DNA from: Haliotis rufescens
Taxonomy: Eukaryota
Direction: 5' to 3'
NCBI RefSeq assembly: GCF_023055435.1
Contig: NW_025964372.1
Location: forward strand, 51,646,001-51,710,000
Length of the DNA stretch: 64,000 bases
Every line of letters starts with the position of its first letter. Within the stretch, counting starts at the first letter, position 1. A program made the position numbers and the translations under genes. Positions 50,514 through 62,720 of the stretch are shown one piece after another. The notes under the pieces were generated by a model, which was given only the letters and a program-made list of their open reading frames with translations, did no database searches and was not told the DNA's origin.

Positions 50514-50951
50514 TAGGGCTGCAACGAATACACTATAAGGCGAATACAATTCGTATAGTGCATATAGGGTACCGAATACGAATATTTATTCACGAATACA
50601 ATAACAAGTCAGCAGTTGATGTATTATTTATGATATTCAGTGAAACAATAACAAAATCAATTATTTGACATGGCTTGTAAATTCTTAATTTATTATACAT
50701 TAATATACTTCACTTATCCAGGTACTAGTGTCTGCTCAAATGCGACAATGACCAGTGACTAAAATACTGTCACTCAAGAAATCTATGCATATAATATGTT
50801 CTTATGGATATTTTAAGGGTCAGGGTATGTAAATGCACATGACTGCATATTCATGAATATTCGATTCTAGTGACCACGAATAACGAATTTAATTCATGAA
50901 TGGATACGGTTTGATTCACCGAAAATACGCGAGTGAATCGTAACAGCCCTA
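50514..50951. mobile_element. hAT-type MITE
   Basis: TAGGGCTG...CAGCCCTA termini, subterminal CGAATA repeats, imperfect 8-bp TSD (ctccacat / ctcatcat). Confidence 0.8.
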
Positions 50952-50983
50952 CTCATCATTGTCCCCTCTTTTATCTGTTGCAG

Positions 50984-51046
50984 ACGTTTGCCGTGGGAGG
51001 TTTGGGAAGTATAGTCCGAGTTATGACTGACAGGAAGAAAGTCTGA
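50984..51046 (+). CDS. ARPC5: ARPC5 exon 4
   Basis: TFAVGGLGSIVRVMTDRKKV*, with a strong pyrimidine tract and CAG acceptor. Confidence 0.95.
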   Translation, partial: TFAVGGLGSIVRVMTDRKKV

Positions 51047-51557
51047 AGGAGGCGTCATCTGTCTGTGTCCGATCACTTGTCTGACCATGTCTTGACACAA
51101 TGTGTCTACATTTGCATGTACAGTACACACTACACACGTAAAGGATTCTGCTTGTATAACTATATACACCAAGATACTCTGAAATAACAAAAACAGGTTT
51201 TATCATGAAAACATATTTTACAATGGTCGGTTTTGTTATCTAAACTTGTACAATTTTGTATCAAAGCTTACAAAGACTGTAAACTTTTATTTTAGAAATA
51301 AAACCTCATCCAAAAATGCTGCTATTCTTTCTGTTCTCATAATTTGCTCAATATATTACTTACTGAAGGTTCAAAAAGAAGAACGTGGGACTCAGTTTGA
51401 TAAATTGATATATTTTATAGGATTATTGTAAGATTTACCAAAAAGGGCGAAGCCTATGTCCAGGTTTTGATCTGGTTCCAACTTGGTGAAGAAAATGACC
51501 AATCAAGAAACAATCATGAAAATGACCTAAGGAACTTCTTTTGTTCCAAGGTTTATG

Positions 51558-51728
51558 GGGGCGGTCGGGTAGCCTAGTGGTTAAAGCGTTCGCTCGTCAC
51601 GCCGAAGACCCGGGTTCGATTCCCGACATGGGTACAATGTGTGAAGCCCATTTCTGGTGTCCCCCGCCGTGATATTGCTGGAATATTGCTAAAAGCGGCG
51701 TAAAACTGTACTCACTCACTCACTCACT
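51558..51728 (+). mobile_element. SINE family A, young full-length copy
   Basis: 13-bp TSD tccaaggtttatg at 51545 and 51728. Confidence 0.95.
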
Positions 51729-52519
51729 CCAAGGTTTATGAGCAAAGTTGCTTTCAAATAGTTGACAGTGTTAAGGTCATGTTTGAAGGTAGGACCCTGA
51801 ATTCCTCAGTGAATATTTAGAGCAAATGTTCCTTGATAAAGTATTTTCCAAATCTGTTTTTCACATTCGCTTTTCTTGCAGTTATTATTTTTGAGGAGCA
51901 GACAAATTTCCTCAGCTGTCAGATTAAGTTTACCTCAAATATCGTAAACTGCGAGTCTGTACAGTTTGCTTTCAAACATGTATTCCAAGCTATTGAACAA
52001 ACACAATGATAGTTACAATGTGTTAGAATTGTTAACCATCTTGTTTCACCTGTGAAAGGTGAGATTGTACAAACAAATACATGTCACTATTAATGCTTTT
52101 GATTATCACATTCTGTTTGTTTTATTACCTGTTTTTCGGATCACCCAATAAAAATGTAATGTAAAATGAAATAGAAAATGTTATTTTTTTATCATTTCAA
52201 AATGAACAAAGATTGATATGGGAAGGGACGTACATCGCCGAATTATCAACAAGATACATTTGTTTTCACCAAAATGATAAAACAAAAATGATATTGAAAT
52301 GCAGCAACTGAAATCAATTGTTATGTGATATTATATTCAAATTGTGACCTTGAAACCTGAAAAATCTGAAACTACTGTTTTTCCATTCCACATGTTCATC
52401 ACTGATATAAATGCTTTTATTAATTGATTCTGCCATATAATTGTTTTTACCCCAAACTCCCCAAACCAAATACTGATTATGAAGGTCGCAGTATATTCAT
52501 CGTGGCTCGTTTACTGTCA

Positions 52520-52927
52520 GGGACGGTCGGGTAGCCTGGTGGTTAAAGCGTTCACTCGTCACGCCAAGGACCCAGGCTTGATTCCCGATATGGGTACAAT
52601 GTGTGAAGCCCATTTCTGGTGTCCCCCGCCGTGATATTGCTGGAATATTGCTAAAAGCGGCGTAAAACCATACTCACTCACTTATAATAAGCGTGTCAGC
52701 AACTCCGCATCCTATGATGAACTCAAAGTTTCTTCAGCCAAATAACTTCTTCTTCATATTCACTTGCCAAGTTTGCAGGCCGTGGAGTAGCCAAGTGGTT
52801 CTCTTGTCACGCCAAATGCCTGGGTTCATTTACCTACTGGGTACAATATGTACAGCCCATTTTCCTCCGTGATTTTACTGGAATATTGATGACAGTGGCA
52901 TAAAACCATACTCACTCACTCACTCAC
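52520..52927 (+). mobile_element. two SINE family A copies (52520-52682 and a degenerate copy at 52778-52927)
   Basis: Same head, body and tail as the other copies. Confidence 0.85.
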
Positions 52928-53829
52928 AGATTTGCATACACTACGGTTTATCTCTGGCTATAGAAACTGGTGAAGTATTGAGGCTTGTAGGACAGTGTAA
53001 GATGTAGATCTAACTACAACTAGGGATAATCCTTGTTCCACTGACATCCATTCTGTGTAGAACAACAAAGTTTGTTTTCCCACTGACTTGTCACAGCTAG
53101 GTCTGTGCCCATCTTCATCATGTGATGTCAAGTTTATCACAGAATGATTTTATATTCATGTTTTCCATATATCTGAATAAAATGATATGTATTCATATTA
53201 AGTCCTGTTTATTGTCAGCCATGCATGACTTACAGATGTGGTTGTGCAGACCACTGCATCTGGGGAACCTGACGAATCTGAGAAACGGGATATTCTTGAT
53301 TATTTACAGGATGCCGTCATATAGCTTGAATAATCCTGAGTGCCTATAAAAAATGACAAAATGATGTAGGAGGAAAGACTGAAGTGATGCAGGTCGTGGA
53401 GGTTAACACATTTGCATGGGTATGGTGCTGACAAACCTAGAAACAATCTGGGTGAATCTGGGATTCGAACCATAGATTTCTGCCACACCTAGGAGACGCA
53501 ACATGCCTCTCCTGGGATTCAACCCATAGATTTCTGCCATGCCTAAGAGAAACAAAATGCCTCCCCCTGGGGCATTCGAAAACAACCAGTGCATCCTTAG
53601 CAGCAGATGGAGCTCCTTAGGAATTCTGTCTTGGAAATGGTGGGTGAATTTCATTTTACACTTGGGAGGGATGTCACGACTACCATAGGTTGTGGATGCC
53701 ACGTGTATGGTGTGGACAAACATAGGGTCATAATTGGGGCTAACAGGGATCCAACCCTGATCACCACACTGCCGAGGAACTAAACGATGCTTGGATCAGC
53801 ATGAACATAGGATGTAGTAAATCCCACAA

Positions 53830-54061
53830 GACCAGTGAAGATCCAGGGTAGAAAAGGTCTTCAGCAACCCATGCTTGTCAAAAGAGGCGACTAACGGGAT
53901 CGGGTGGTCAGGCTTCTCGACTTGGTTGAAGCATGTCATCGTATCCCAATTGATTCTCATGATGTCAATCACTGGAATGTCTGGTCCAGACTTAATTATT
54001 TACAGACCGCCATCATATAGCTGGAATATTGCTGATTGCGGTGTTACACAACAAACAAACA
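53830..54061 (+). mobile_element. full-length family B copy
   Basis: Starts gaccagtgaagatcc; single hairpin unit. Confidence 0.9.
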
Positions 54062-54299
54062 TACCACAATGATGAAGCCACTGCAACAGTTTGGGAAGGT
54101 AGAATGCCTTCCAGCTACCGGTTCTTGGCATGGAAGCCCATCTTATCCTTCACTCAACTGATGAAGACAAACCAGGTGAATACAGGTGATAATTTATTAG
54201 TTAAAACAGAAAAACAATTATAAATTTTTTTTCAAAAATGGTTAAAGTCAGAGGATGTGAGCAGTATTTGTTGTTTCACGATTGTCACTGGATGGGTGC

Positions 54300-54460
54300 G
54301 GGGCGGTCGGGTAGCCTAGTGGTTAAAACGTTAGTCCGTAATGCCGAAGACCCAGGTTCGATTCCCGACATGGACACAATGTGTGAAGCCCATTTCTGGT
54401 ATTCCCTGCCGTGATATTGCTGGAATATTGCTAAAAGCGGCGTAAAACCATACTCACTCA
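54300..54460 (+). mobile_element. SINE family A
   Basis: 15-bp TSD tcactggatgggtgc at 54285 and 54458. Confidence 0.92.
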
Positions 54461-55379
54461 CTGGATGGGTGCACAGAGAGTTGGAGGGAATGGGTTACAT
54501 TCCAGTTATGTCAGGGCGACCTGGCGACCCACCAAGGCAAAACTAGTGAGCAACAATATTATGACAGATAGTAAGCCAGGCCATTCCACTACAATAGGGG
54601 TTAGATAACCAACAAGACCTACTCAGTAGATTGGAGACAATAAGGAGGGAGTGAGTTGGGTTGAATGTCACTTTTAACAGTACAGTGATTCCTGGATATA
54701 CCGCTGTCATGGGGGTCCAAGATCCCGATCCCACGTTCTAGGAAAGAGCGTTGTACAGATATTCATTGCTGATGGTCACACTACGTAATGTTGGTAGTGA
54801 ATAGAACAGTGGCGCAGTTATTTCACAGTGGCATGCGACCTGTAGATCTATGTAATACTGATTGTGGATGATGATTCAAAATGCGTGCGTATAAAAATAA
54901 AAATGCTTCTTAGGGTACCAACAGGACTACGGAACCTGTGGTCAGTCACATGATGTATTGTTTAATGACAAAACCTATCTAAACCTCTATGGTTATACTT
55001 CAAGTCACTAATATTCCCATTTCTTTCTGACAATGCACCCATTCCTTCTGACTTTTATATGTTTGAATAAAGATAAAACTTCATGGAGAAAACTTCAGTG
55101 TATGCAAGACCAGATTATTTTATACGAGTATCTAATACATTTTACCAGGGCTACGGTCAAACTTTTCCCAATCGGACAGTTTGTACCCATCTCTTGAGAT
55201 CTACAGTGGATACCCGGGTAGGGTCGGGTAGTAGGGGGTTGGGTACCAAGGTAGTAAATTTGGACTCATCCCAGCCCTAGAATCCACATGGAGTGAATGC
55301 TTCCGACTGTCATAGGCCATAATCAGGAGCGATACAGACTTTCAACCAAGGCCAGATTTAAGGCAAGCAACTGCAATTA

Positions 55380-55639
55380 CCGTATTCGACGTAATAAGCG
55401 CCCAAGGCGCTCTCAAAATGAGAAAGAGGGGTAAATTTTGTGGTTTAGGCTTACAGCCTGAAATGATACAAAAGAAAAGTCTGTGCGTATTAGACACGCC
55501 AGATATATTTTTCCAGAATTTAATTAAGGGTGCATATAACACACGAAGGGTGCTAATTGGGATTGTTCACTAGCCAATATATAAGCAAATATCGCCGTGG
55601 GCGCTTATTAGAGCGGGGTGCTTATTACGTCAAATACGG
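55380..55639. mobile_element. Tc1/mariner-type MITE
   Basis: TIR ccgtattcgacgtaataagc / gcttattacgtcaaatacgg, TA TSD. Confidence 0.85.
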
Positions 55640-55872
55640 TAAGTTATATAGGATGTGGATTTACTATTGACATAAATATGGGGGAGATCAAGCTCATTTA
55701 AATTAGATCTTTTGCACCGATACAATATCTCTGCGTGATGATGTGCTAAACCCTCCATAGGAAGTCGCGTCAGGTGAACTTTCTGATCAGCCAATCACAA
55801 TCAAGGCCGCTAAATTCTTGGAATGAGTGAGTGAAACGTTCAGAGCAGCATTTCCAAGTTTGTGTATGGAAA

Positions 55873-56785
55873 TGAGGTGTCACTGGACGAAATGAAATGG
55901 ACCCAAGTTACAGAGGTGTCACTGGACTAAATAAAACGGACCCGAGTTACAGAGGTGTCACTGGACTAAATGAAACGGACCCGAGTTACAGAGGTGTCAC
56001 TAAGGGAAAAAACAGACCTGGAGTTAAAGAGGTTAATAAGGTTTAACAGTTGTGGATTAACCAGACCTTGAGTTAAAGAGGTTGATAAAGTTTGAATGTT
56101 GTGGATTGAACAGACCTAGAGTTAAAGAGGTTAATATTGTTTCACTGAAGTGGATTAACCAGACCTGGAGTTAAAGAGGTTAATAAAGTTTCACTGGTGT
56201 AGATTAACCAGACCTGGAGTTAAAGAGGTTAATAAAGTTTCACTGGTGTAGATTAACCAGACCTGGAGTTAAAGAGGTTAATAAAGTTTCACTGGTGTGG
56301 ATAAACCAGACCTGGAGTTAAAGAGGTTAATATTGTTTCACTGGTGTGGATTAACCAGACCTGGAGTTAAAGAGGTTAATAAAGTTTCACTGGTGTGGAT
56401 TAACCAGACCTTGAGTTAAAGAGGTTGATAAAGTTTGAATGTTGTGGATTGAACAGACCTAGAGTTAAAGAGGTTAATATTGTTTCACTCAAGTGGATTA
56501 ACCAGACCTGGAGTTAAAGAGGTTGATAAAGTTTGAATGTTGTGGATTGAACAGACCTAGAGTTAAAGAGGTTAATATTGTTTCACTCATGTGGATTAAC
56601 CAGACCTGGAGTTAGAGAGGTTAATAAAGTTTCACTGGTGTGGATTAACCAGGCCTAGAGTTAAAGAGGTTAATATTGTTTCCCTCAAGTGGATTAACCA
56701 GACCTGGAGTTAAAGAGGTTAATAAAGTATCACTGTAGCGGATTAACCAGGCCTAGAGTTGGAAAGGTTTCACTGTAGTGAATTA
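55873..56785. repeat. compound minisatellite: ~36-bp units (55873-56000) followed by 49-bp units (about 16 copies)
   Basis: 49-bp unit accagacctggagttaaagaggttaataaagtttcactggtgtggatta. Confidence 0.93.
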
Positions 56786-57114
56786 ATAGACGAGGCCACA
56801 GGTAGGCAGCAACGCATGACATCATTGCACCATGTAAACACAAACAACAAACAATATCTGTCACATTAATTAATCACAACATGCTTCCCAGACCAGTTCA
56901 ACCTTAAACTATGCTATAACAATATTTATTCCAGTGGGCATAACAAACACAGTATCAGTAAACACTGCTTAATGATCAATTCTACCACGCAGTCCTTCGT
57001 GGTCACAAGAAGATCGTCAAGGTACCCACCATGTATTATGTTAAGTAGTATGCAAACAATTGCATTTCAATTCTAAAATCAGGCTTGGTCAGTTGTTGAC
57101 ATTACACTTACATC

Positions 57115-57354
57115 AGGAAGAGAATTTATGGATTTCAACTTCTTTATTATGAGGAACACATGGTTTCGGAGTATATGCTTACTCCTTCATCAGGTGAATG
57201 AATGCTATGAGGCAGAGAGCATGTATGTACAGGTAAGAACAACAAAAGTAATAACTTGAGATAACAAAAGGTGGAAACTTAACGGACTAAGCATATACTC
57301 CAAAACGTTGTATTCCTCATAATAAAGAAGTTGACATCCATAAATTCTCTTCCT
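57115..57354. mobile_element. Penelope-like element terminal-repeat relic arranged as an inverted repeat, with a hammerhead-like core
   Basis: Arms 57115-57185 and 57284-57354. The - strand reads CTGATGA-A-GGAGTA(AGCATA)TACTCC-GAAAC followed by AATAAA. Confidence 0.65.
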
Positions 57355-57441
57355 TTGGCTATAAAAAGTAACCAGACTATTTTTCTTTTTAGCCTTATGT
57401 GTATCACTTCCTAATGCCTTTTAAAGACTTTATTACACTTA

Positions 57442-57827
57442 CTGTAAACTACATTCATCACTAACACACTTATAACGAATTGACCTATATAACAAACCTA
57501 TTTCACAGTCCACTTGCTGTATATATGCTGTATATATGCTTATAACGAACTACGGTTATTACAAACTAAAATTAGTGGGCCCTTTGAATTCGTTCTAGTT
57601 GGTTGGTTGGTTGGTTTAACGTCGCACTCAGCAATATTCCAGCCATATGACAGTTGTCTGTAAATAATTGAATCTGGACCAGACAATCCAGTTGTTAATA
57701 TCATGAGCATCGATCCACGCAATTGGGATCGATGACATGCATCAACCAAGTCAACGAGCCTGACCACCCGATCCTGTTAGTCGCCTCTTATGACAAAAAT
57801 AAAGTTTGTTTTAACCGTAGTTTACTG
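57442..57827. mobile_element. second copy of the 9362 MITE with a nested family B retroposon (57597-57797, - strand)
   Basis: Shared internal gctgtatatatgcttataacgaactac and right TIR accgtagtttactg-TA. Confidence 0.85.
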
Positions 57828-58825
57828 TACTTTAAAAAGAAAACCTTTGTGATGTAGAGTGTTAATATTCATAATTGTTTTGTTTTTTTCTGAATATTAT
57901 GGCCACATATAAAAGTTGAGTTAGGTCCTGGGAATCAAAACTAGCATCAGTTCTCAACACTAGAATGTGCTGGCAGTTACACTAAGCCGTCAATGGTTAA
58001 CAGTTAAAGGTCAAGGCTTTACGTCTCACAAGTTCAGGGTCACCTCTTCATGATAATTTTTCCCGATGACAAAAGACTAAGAGGGCAGTGTTGTAGTTCT
58101 ATCTTGTAATAGCTGCCTGCAATCAAGGTGACATGTTTTCAGTTTCATTTAATTTCTAAGGTCCACCGAGTCCTCACTTTGCTTTGCAAATAACAGTAAT
58201 TTTCTTAGTGGTATGCAATTGTGCGCATCTCACAGGAAGTGCAAGTCAAAACATGGGGCAACAGCAATGGGCACCTTGCAGGTTGTCTGCTTACATTGTA
58301 TGCTTTATTTCATCAAAACATCAGCTGTCCATGGTATAAGTTTGTATATTTCATTGTCAGGAATCTTAAGAAAATGTTTTTGGTGTATAACAACCTATAT
58401 TTTGAGGTAAAACAGTAAGTCAAAATGTACTTCAGGGATTTCTCTTAAAAAATGTCCTAGAAAAACCTGGAAAACATAAATTTGTCCCAAAAATGTTCGT
58501 TGGACATGCTGGATGTCCTGACAAAAATATGTGTTTTAAAAACAATTAAATGGTTGGTTTCCTCCACAGAAAGAAAGGAATAGGACCTTATGATTAAACT
58601 TGATAAAAAAAAGTGTCTGACCATCAGCATGATTAGGATAACAGTCAGACAATGACCAGGGAACATACTGGTAAATCAGTCTAAAACCCTGTGTAACCAT
58701 GTTAACACTAATGACTCAGATTATTCATACAAACTTAAGAGACATGAAATCACCAACATTTACAAAATGACAGGAAAACAAATCATAGGTTATGTCTTTG
58801 GCATAATGTAATAACAGACTTCTTT

Positions 58826-59083
58826 GTTTCTTTGTTTGTTGTTTAACGCCGCACTCAGCAATATTCCAGCTATATAGCGACGGTCTGTAAATAATCGAGT
58901 CTGGACAAGACAACCCAGTGATTGACATCATGAGCATCGATCTTCACAATTGGGATACGATGACATGCATCAACCAAGTCAGCGAGCCGGACAACCCAGC
59001 AAGCCTGACAACCCGATCCTTTTAGTTTCCTGACATGACAAGTATGGGTTGCTGAAGATCAATTCTAACCCGGATCTTCACTG
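58826..59083 (-). mobile_element. family B copy
   Basis: Family consensus including the 5' hairpin. Confidence 0.88.
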
Positions 59084-59369
59084 GAGGTTCAGTCCTTCAG
59101 TCAGGGTATCTCAGTTCATCATGTGTGGTGTGACCTTCACTGTTCCACTTGTGAAACATACGCGACTCAAAGTATGATACTTCATTCCAAACACAGCCAA
59201 ATAATACATCACACTAGGGTCGGCTGGGTAACCATAGTCTAAAACAGATATTGTCACCAGTTATGTTTGCCTTTAGGTAGCCAAGTGGTGAGCAGGAGAT
59301 AAATTCAGGTCACCAATCATAGATGTAAGTAGCATTTGGCCACCAAAAATGGTCGTTTCTTAGAGCCAA

Positions 59370-60484
59370 GTCAAGTCAGGAGAGTTTCTGCTCGACCCTC
59401 TACTGTAGCACATACAAGTCAGGAGAACATCTTGCTACGTCCTGAAGCCATCTTGCTGTCCACCTGTCTTTGCTCGACCCTCTACTGTAGCACAGACAAG
59501 TCAGGAGAACATCTTGCTACGTCCTGAAGCCATCTTGCTGTCCACCTGTCTTTGCTCGACCCTCTACTGTAGCACAGACAAGTCAGGAGAACATCTTGCT
59601 AAGTCCTGAAGCCATCTTGCTGTCCACCTGTCTTTGCTCGACCCTCTACTGTAGCACATACAAGTCAGGAGAACATCTTGCTACGTCCTGAAGCCATCTT
59701 GCTGTCCACCTGTCTTTGCTTGACCCTCAACTGTAACACAGCCAAGTCAGGAGAACATCTTGCTAAGTCCTGAAGCCATCTTTCTGTCCACCTGTCTCTG
59801 CTCGACCCTCTACTGTAGCACAGACAAGTCAGGAGAACATCTTGCTACGTCCTGAAGCCATCTTGCTGTCCACCTGTCTCTGCTCGACCCTCTACTGTAG
59901 CACAGACAAGTCAGGAGAACATCTTGCTAACTCCTGAAGCCATCTTGCTGTCCACCTGTCTTTGCTCGACCCTCAACTGTAGCACAGACAAGTCAGGAGA
60001 ACATCTTGCTAAGTCCTGAAGCCATCTTGCTGTGCACCTGTCTTTGCTCAACCCTCAACTGTAACACAGCCAAGTCAGGAGAACATCTTGCGAAGTCCTG
60101 AAGCCATCTTGCTGTCCACCTGTCTTTGCTCGACCCTCTACTGTAGCACAGAAAGTCAGGAGAACATCTTGCTACGTCCTGAAGCCATCTTGCTGTCCAC
60201 CTGTCTTTGACCCTTAACTGTAACACATCCAAGTGAGGAGTGAGTATGGTTTTACGCCTCTCTTAGCAATATTCCAGCAATATCATGGTGGGGACACCAG
60301 AAATTGGCTTCACAGCCAAGTCAGGAGAACATCTTGCTAAGTCCTGAAGCCCTCGTGCTGTCCACCTGTCTCTGCTCGACCCTCAACTGTAACACAGCCA
60401 AGTCAGGAGAACATCTTGCTAAGTCCTGAAGCCATCTTGCTGTCCACCTGTCTTTGCTCCACCCTCAAATGTAACACAGCCAAG
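59370..60484 (-). repeat. 82-bp tandem array derived from the FKBPL C-terminal coding sequence and stop codon, about 12 copies
   Basis: tcaggagaac recurs at 59419, 59501, 59583, 59665, 59747, 59829, 59911, 59993, 60075, 60156, 60321 and 60403. Confidence 0.95.
60232..60314 (-). mobile_element. 3' fragment of SINE family A inside the 82-bp array
   Basis: gagtgagtatggttttacgcc...gacaccagaaattggcttcaca. Confidence 0.85.
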
Positions 60485-61612
60485 TCAGGAGAACATCTTG
60501 CTAAGTCCTGAAGCCATCTTGCTGTCCACCTGTCTTTGTTTGACCTGCAGCTGGCCTAGTAGCTGTAGCACAGCCTTGTTCTGGGGTTCAAGAGAGGCCA
60601 CCATCTCCAGGTCTGATCTCGCTGAATCTGTGTCGTTAAAGAAAAGATAAGCTTGTCCTCGGCGATACAGTGCCTTAACATTCTTCGGTTCAATTTCTAT
60701 AGCCTTAGAGCAATTCTGTACAACCTCACTGAACATATTCAACTTCATCTGACAAGCAGCTAAGTTGGAGTAACACTGACATTTTAACTTGCAGTATGTT
60801 TCGAGCAGGTGCTCTGGAATACAGTCTTGTGGATGGCAACACACGAGATATTTCAACGCTTTGCTAAATCTCCTGAAGGCAAACTCTATGTTCCCGAGCT
60901 GAAATAACACAGTTCCCTTCTCTTTGTGATGAGCAGCACGGCTGATCTTTTCTTCTGGAAGCAGTTGCCATGACAACACAGACTCTTGAAACGACATCAA
61001 ATGGATTCTAAAAGAACATGTATCACAGACACCAGTTTGGTCATTGAGTGAGTTGATTTGTATCTGAATATCACACACCTCCCCTTCTTTCATTGTCTGT
61101 AGGCAGAGGTCGAGCTGTCGAGCGATATCAGTATCCCCCTCACCCACCATTATCACAATGTTATCCCCTATGCCATACCCAAGTTGTTCAGTTGTTAATA
61201 TACATGAATTCAAAACTACAATATTAACATTGCAAAGAGTTCCATCTTTTGGCACCAGCAGACCAGTTCCAGGAGACAGGATTAGTTTGGAGAATGTTTG
61301 GTAGTTCCTGACTGTTCCTGGCAGACACACGGCAGGGGGGACAGCACTGAAGCCGTTGACATCATTATGGCTGTTGTCCGGATGAAGCACACTGCTGCCA
61401 TTACCATTAACACATCCACCATCACTGGCTTCCGACATGTCTCTGTTTTCTGTTGCCATGGCCACGGAAATGCCATCTTTTGGTAAGAAGCCAGTAAGGG
61501 GAGAAGCTAGGTCACAGTCTGGGTAGGTGGGAACATCTGTTGCCATGGATTCCTCTGCCATCTCACCATCCATGAATTGACATGGATCTTCCTCCTCTGC
61601 ATCTACATCCAT
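60485..61612 (-). CDS. FKBPL: FKBP-like TPR co-chaperone (degenerate FKBP domain plus 3 TPRs), single coding exon
   Basis: LDLCLQTMKEGEVC, KEKGTVLF...FSKALKYL, YSNLAACQMK, NVKALYRRGQAY and a C-terminal GLSKMFS. Acceptor at 61634-61635. Confidence 0.8.
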   Translation of the reverse strand: MDVDAEEEDPCQFMDGEMAEESMATDVPTYPDCDLASPLTGFLPKDGISVAMATENRDMSEASDGGCVNGNGSSVLHPDNSHNDVNGFSAVPPAVCLPGTVRNYQTFSKLILSPGTGLLVPKDGTLCNVNIVVLNSCILTTEQLGYGIGDNIVIMVGEGDTDIARQLDLCLQTMKEGEVCDIQIQINSLNDQTGVCDTCSFRIHLMSFQESVLSWQLLPEEKISRAAHHKEKGTVLFQLGNIEFAFRRFSKALKYLVCCHPQDCIPEHLLETYCKLKCQCYSNLAACQMKLNMFSEVVQNCSKAIEIEPKNVKALYRRGQAYLFFNDTDSARSDLEMVASLEPQNKAVLQLLGQLQVKQRQVDSKMASGLSKMFS

Positions 61613-61744
61613 CGTGTCGAGTCACTCCTCAACCTGCCACAACGACATGGAAACTCATTTTACAACTTGATACAATGGATTCTTGTCTTACAGATTTAAC
61701 ATGTTTAATGTGCATACATTCTTACAGGCATGATAGGAAGTAAA

Positions 61745-62142
61745 GTTGGTTGGTTGTTTTGTTGTTTCACGCCGCACTCAGCAATATTCCAATTATATGA
61801 CGGCGGTCTGTAAATAATCGAGTCTTGACCAGACAATCCAGTGATTGACATCATGAGCATCGATCCATGCTCTTGGGATCGATGACATGCATCAACCAAG
61901 TCAGCAAGCCTGACCACGCGATCCCGTTAGTCGCCTTTTACGACAAGCAAAGTCACCTTTTACAGCAAGCATAGGTTGCTTGTTTTACGCTGCACTCAGC
62001 AATATTCCAGCTATATGACGGCAGTCTGTAAATAATCGAGTCTGGACCAGACAATCCAGTGATTAATTGGTATAAGATGACATGCATCAACCAAGTCAGC
62101 GAATCTGACCACCCGATCACGTAAGTTGCCTCTTACGACAAA
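61745..62142 (-). mobile_element. two tandem family B copies in the putative first intron of the FKBPL-like gene
   Basis: Family consensus. Confidence 0.88.
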
Positions 62143-62573
62143 CAACATGGTGTTGTTTCCATTGGGTGCAGATGATGAAGGTAATCTTACTTATTTTCAT
62201 TAGTCGCGCCGAGTAAAAGCCGGGCCTCGCGCTCAGTTTGACAAGGGAGAGAACTCCATCATATAGCTGTACAGGGAAAAATTTGGTATGGAGGTCCGAA
62301 TTGGACTAAAACTGGACATAATTCTACCTACCACTAAGTATGGCCCTTGTGATCTCCTAATAGATACTGGCCACATAGCAGGGAAAATGTGCAGATGACG
62401 TTAGTCCCGTTAAGTTATTAGTCACCATGAATATGCAGATGATCTAGTTCAGGTCGATAGAAAGGTTACTTCGGAAACTGCAGGTTATATCGTAGTCCAT
62501 TGATATATGGGGGTAAGGCAATATTAAAAAGATGCCGGAAGGAAGTATCAATGCGTTAATAAAATAAATCCTT

Positions 62574-62720
62574 ACTTACAGCAGACGGTACATTCCGATG
62601 AAATTGAAATTGTTTACTAAGCGAGCACTTGCTGGTCACTGATTTTCATTAATAGACAGCCGCTAAGTGTCCAGGGTGAACTACCGGAAATCACAAAGGC
62701 GATGAATGCCGCGATACTAT
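62574..62720 (-). promoter_or_regulatory. putative non-coding first exon and promoter of the FKBPL-like gene
   Basis: GTAAGT donor on the - strand at 62574-62579, CpG-richer stretch, CCGGAA at about 62684. Confidence 0.4.
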
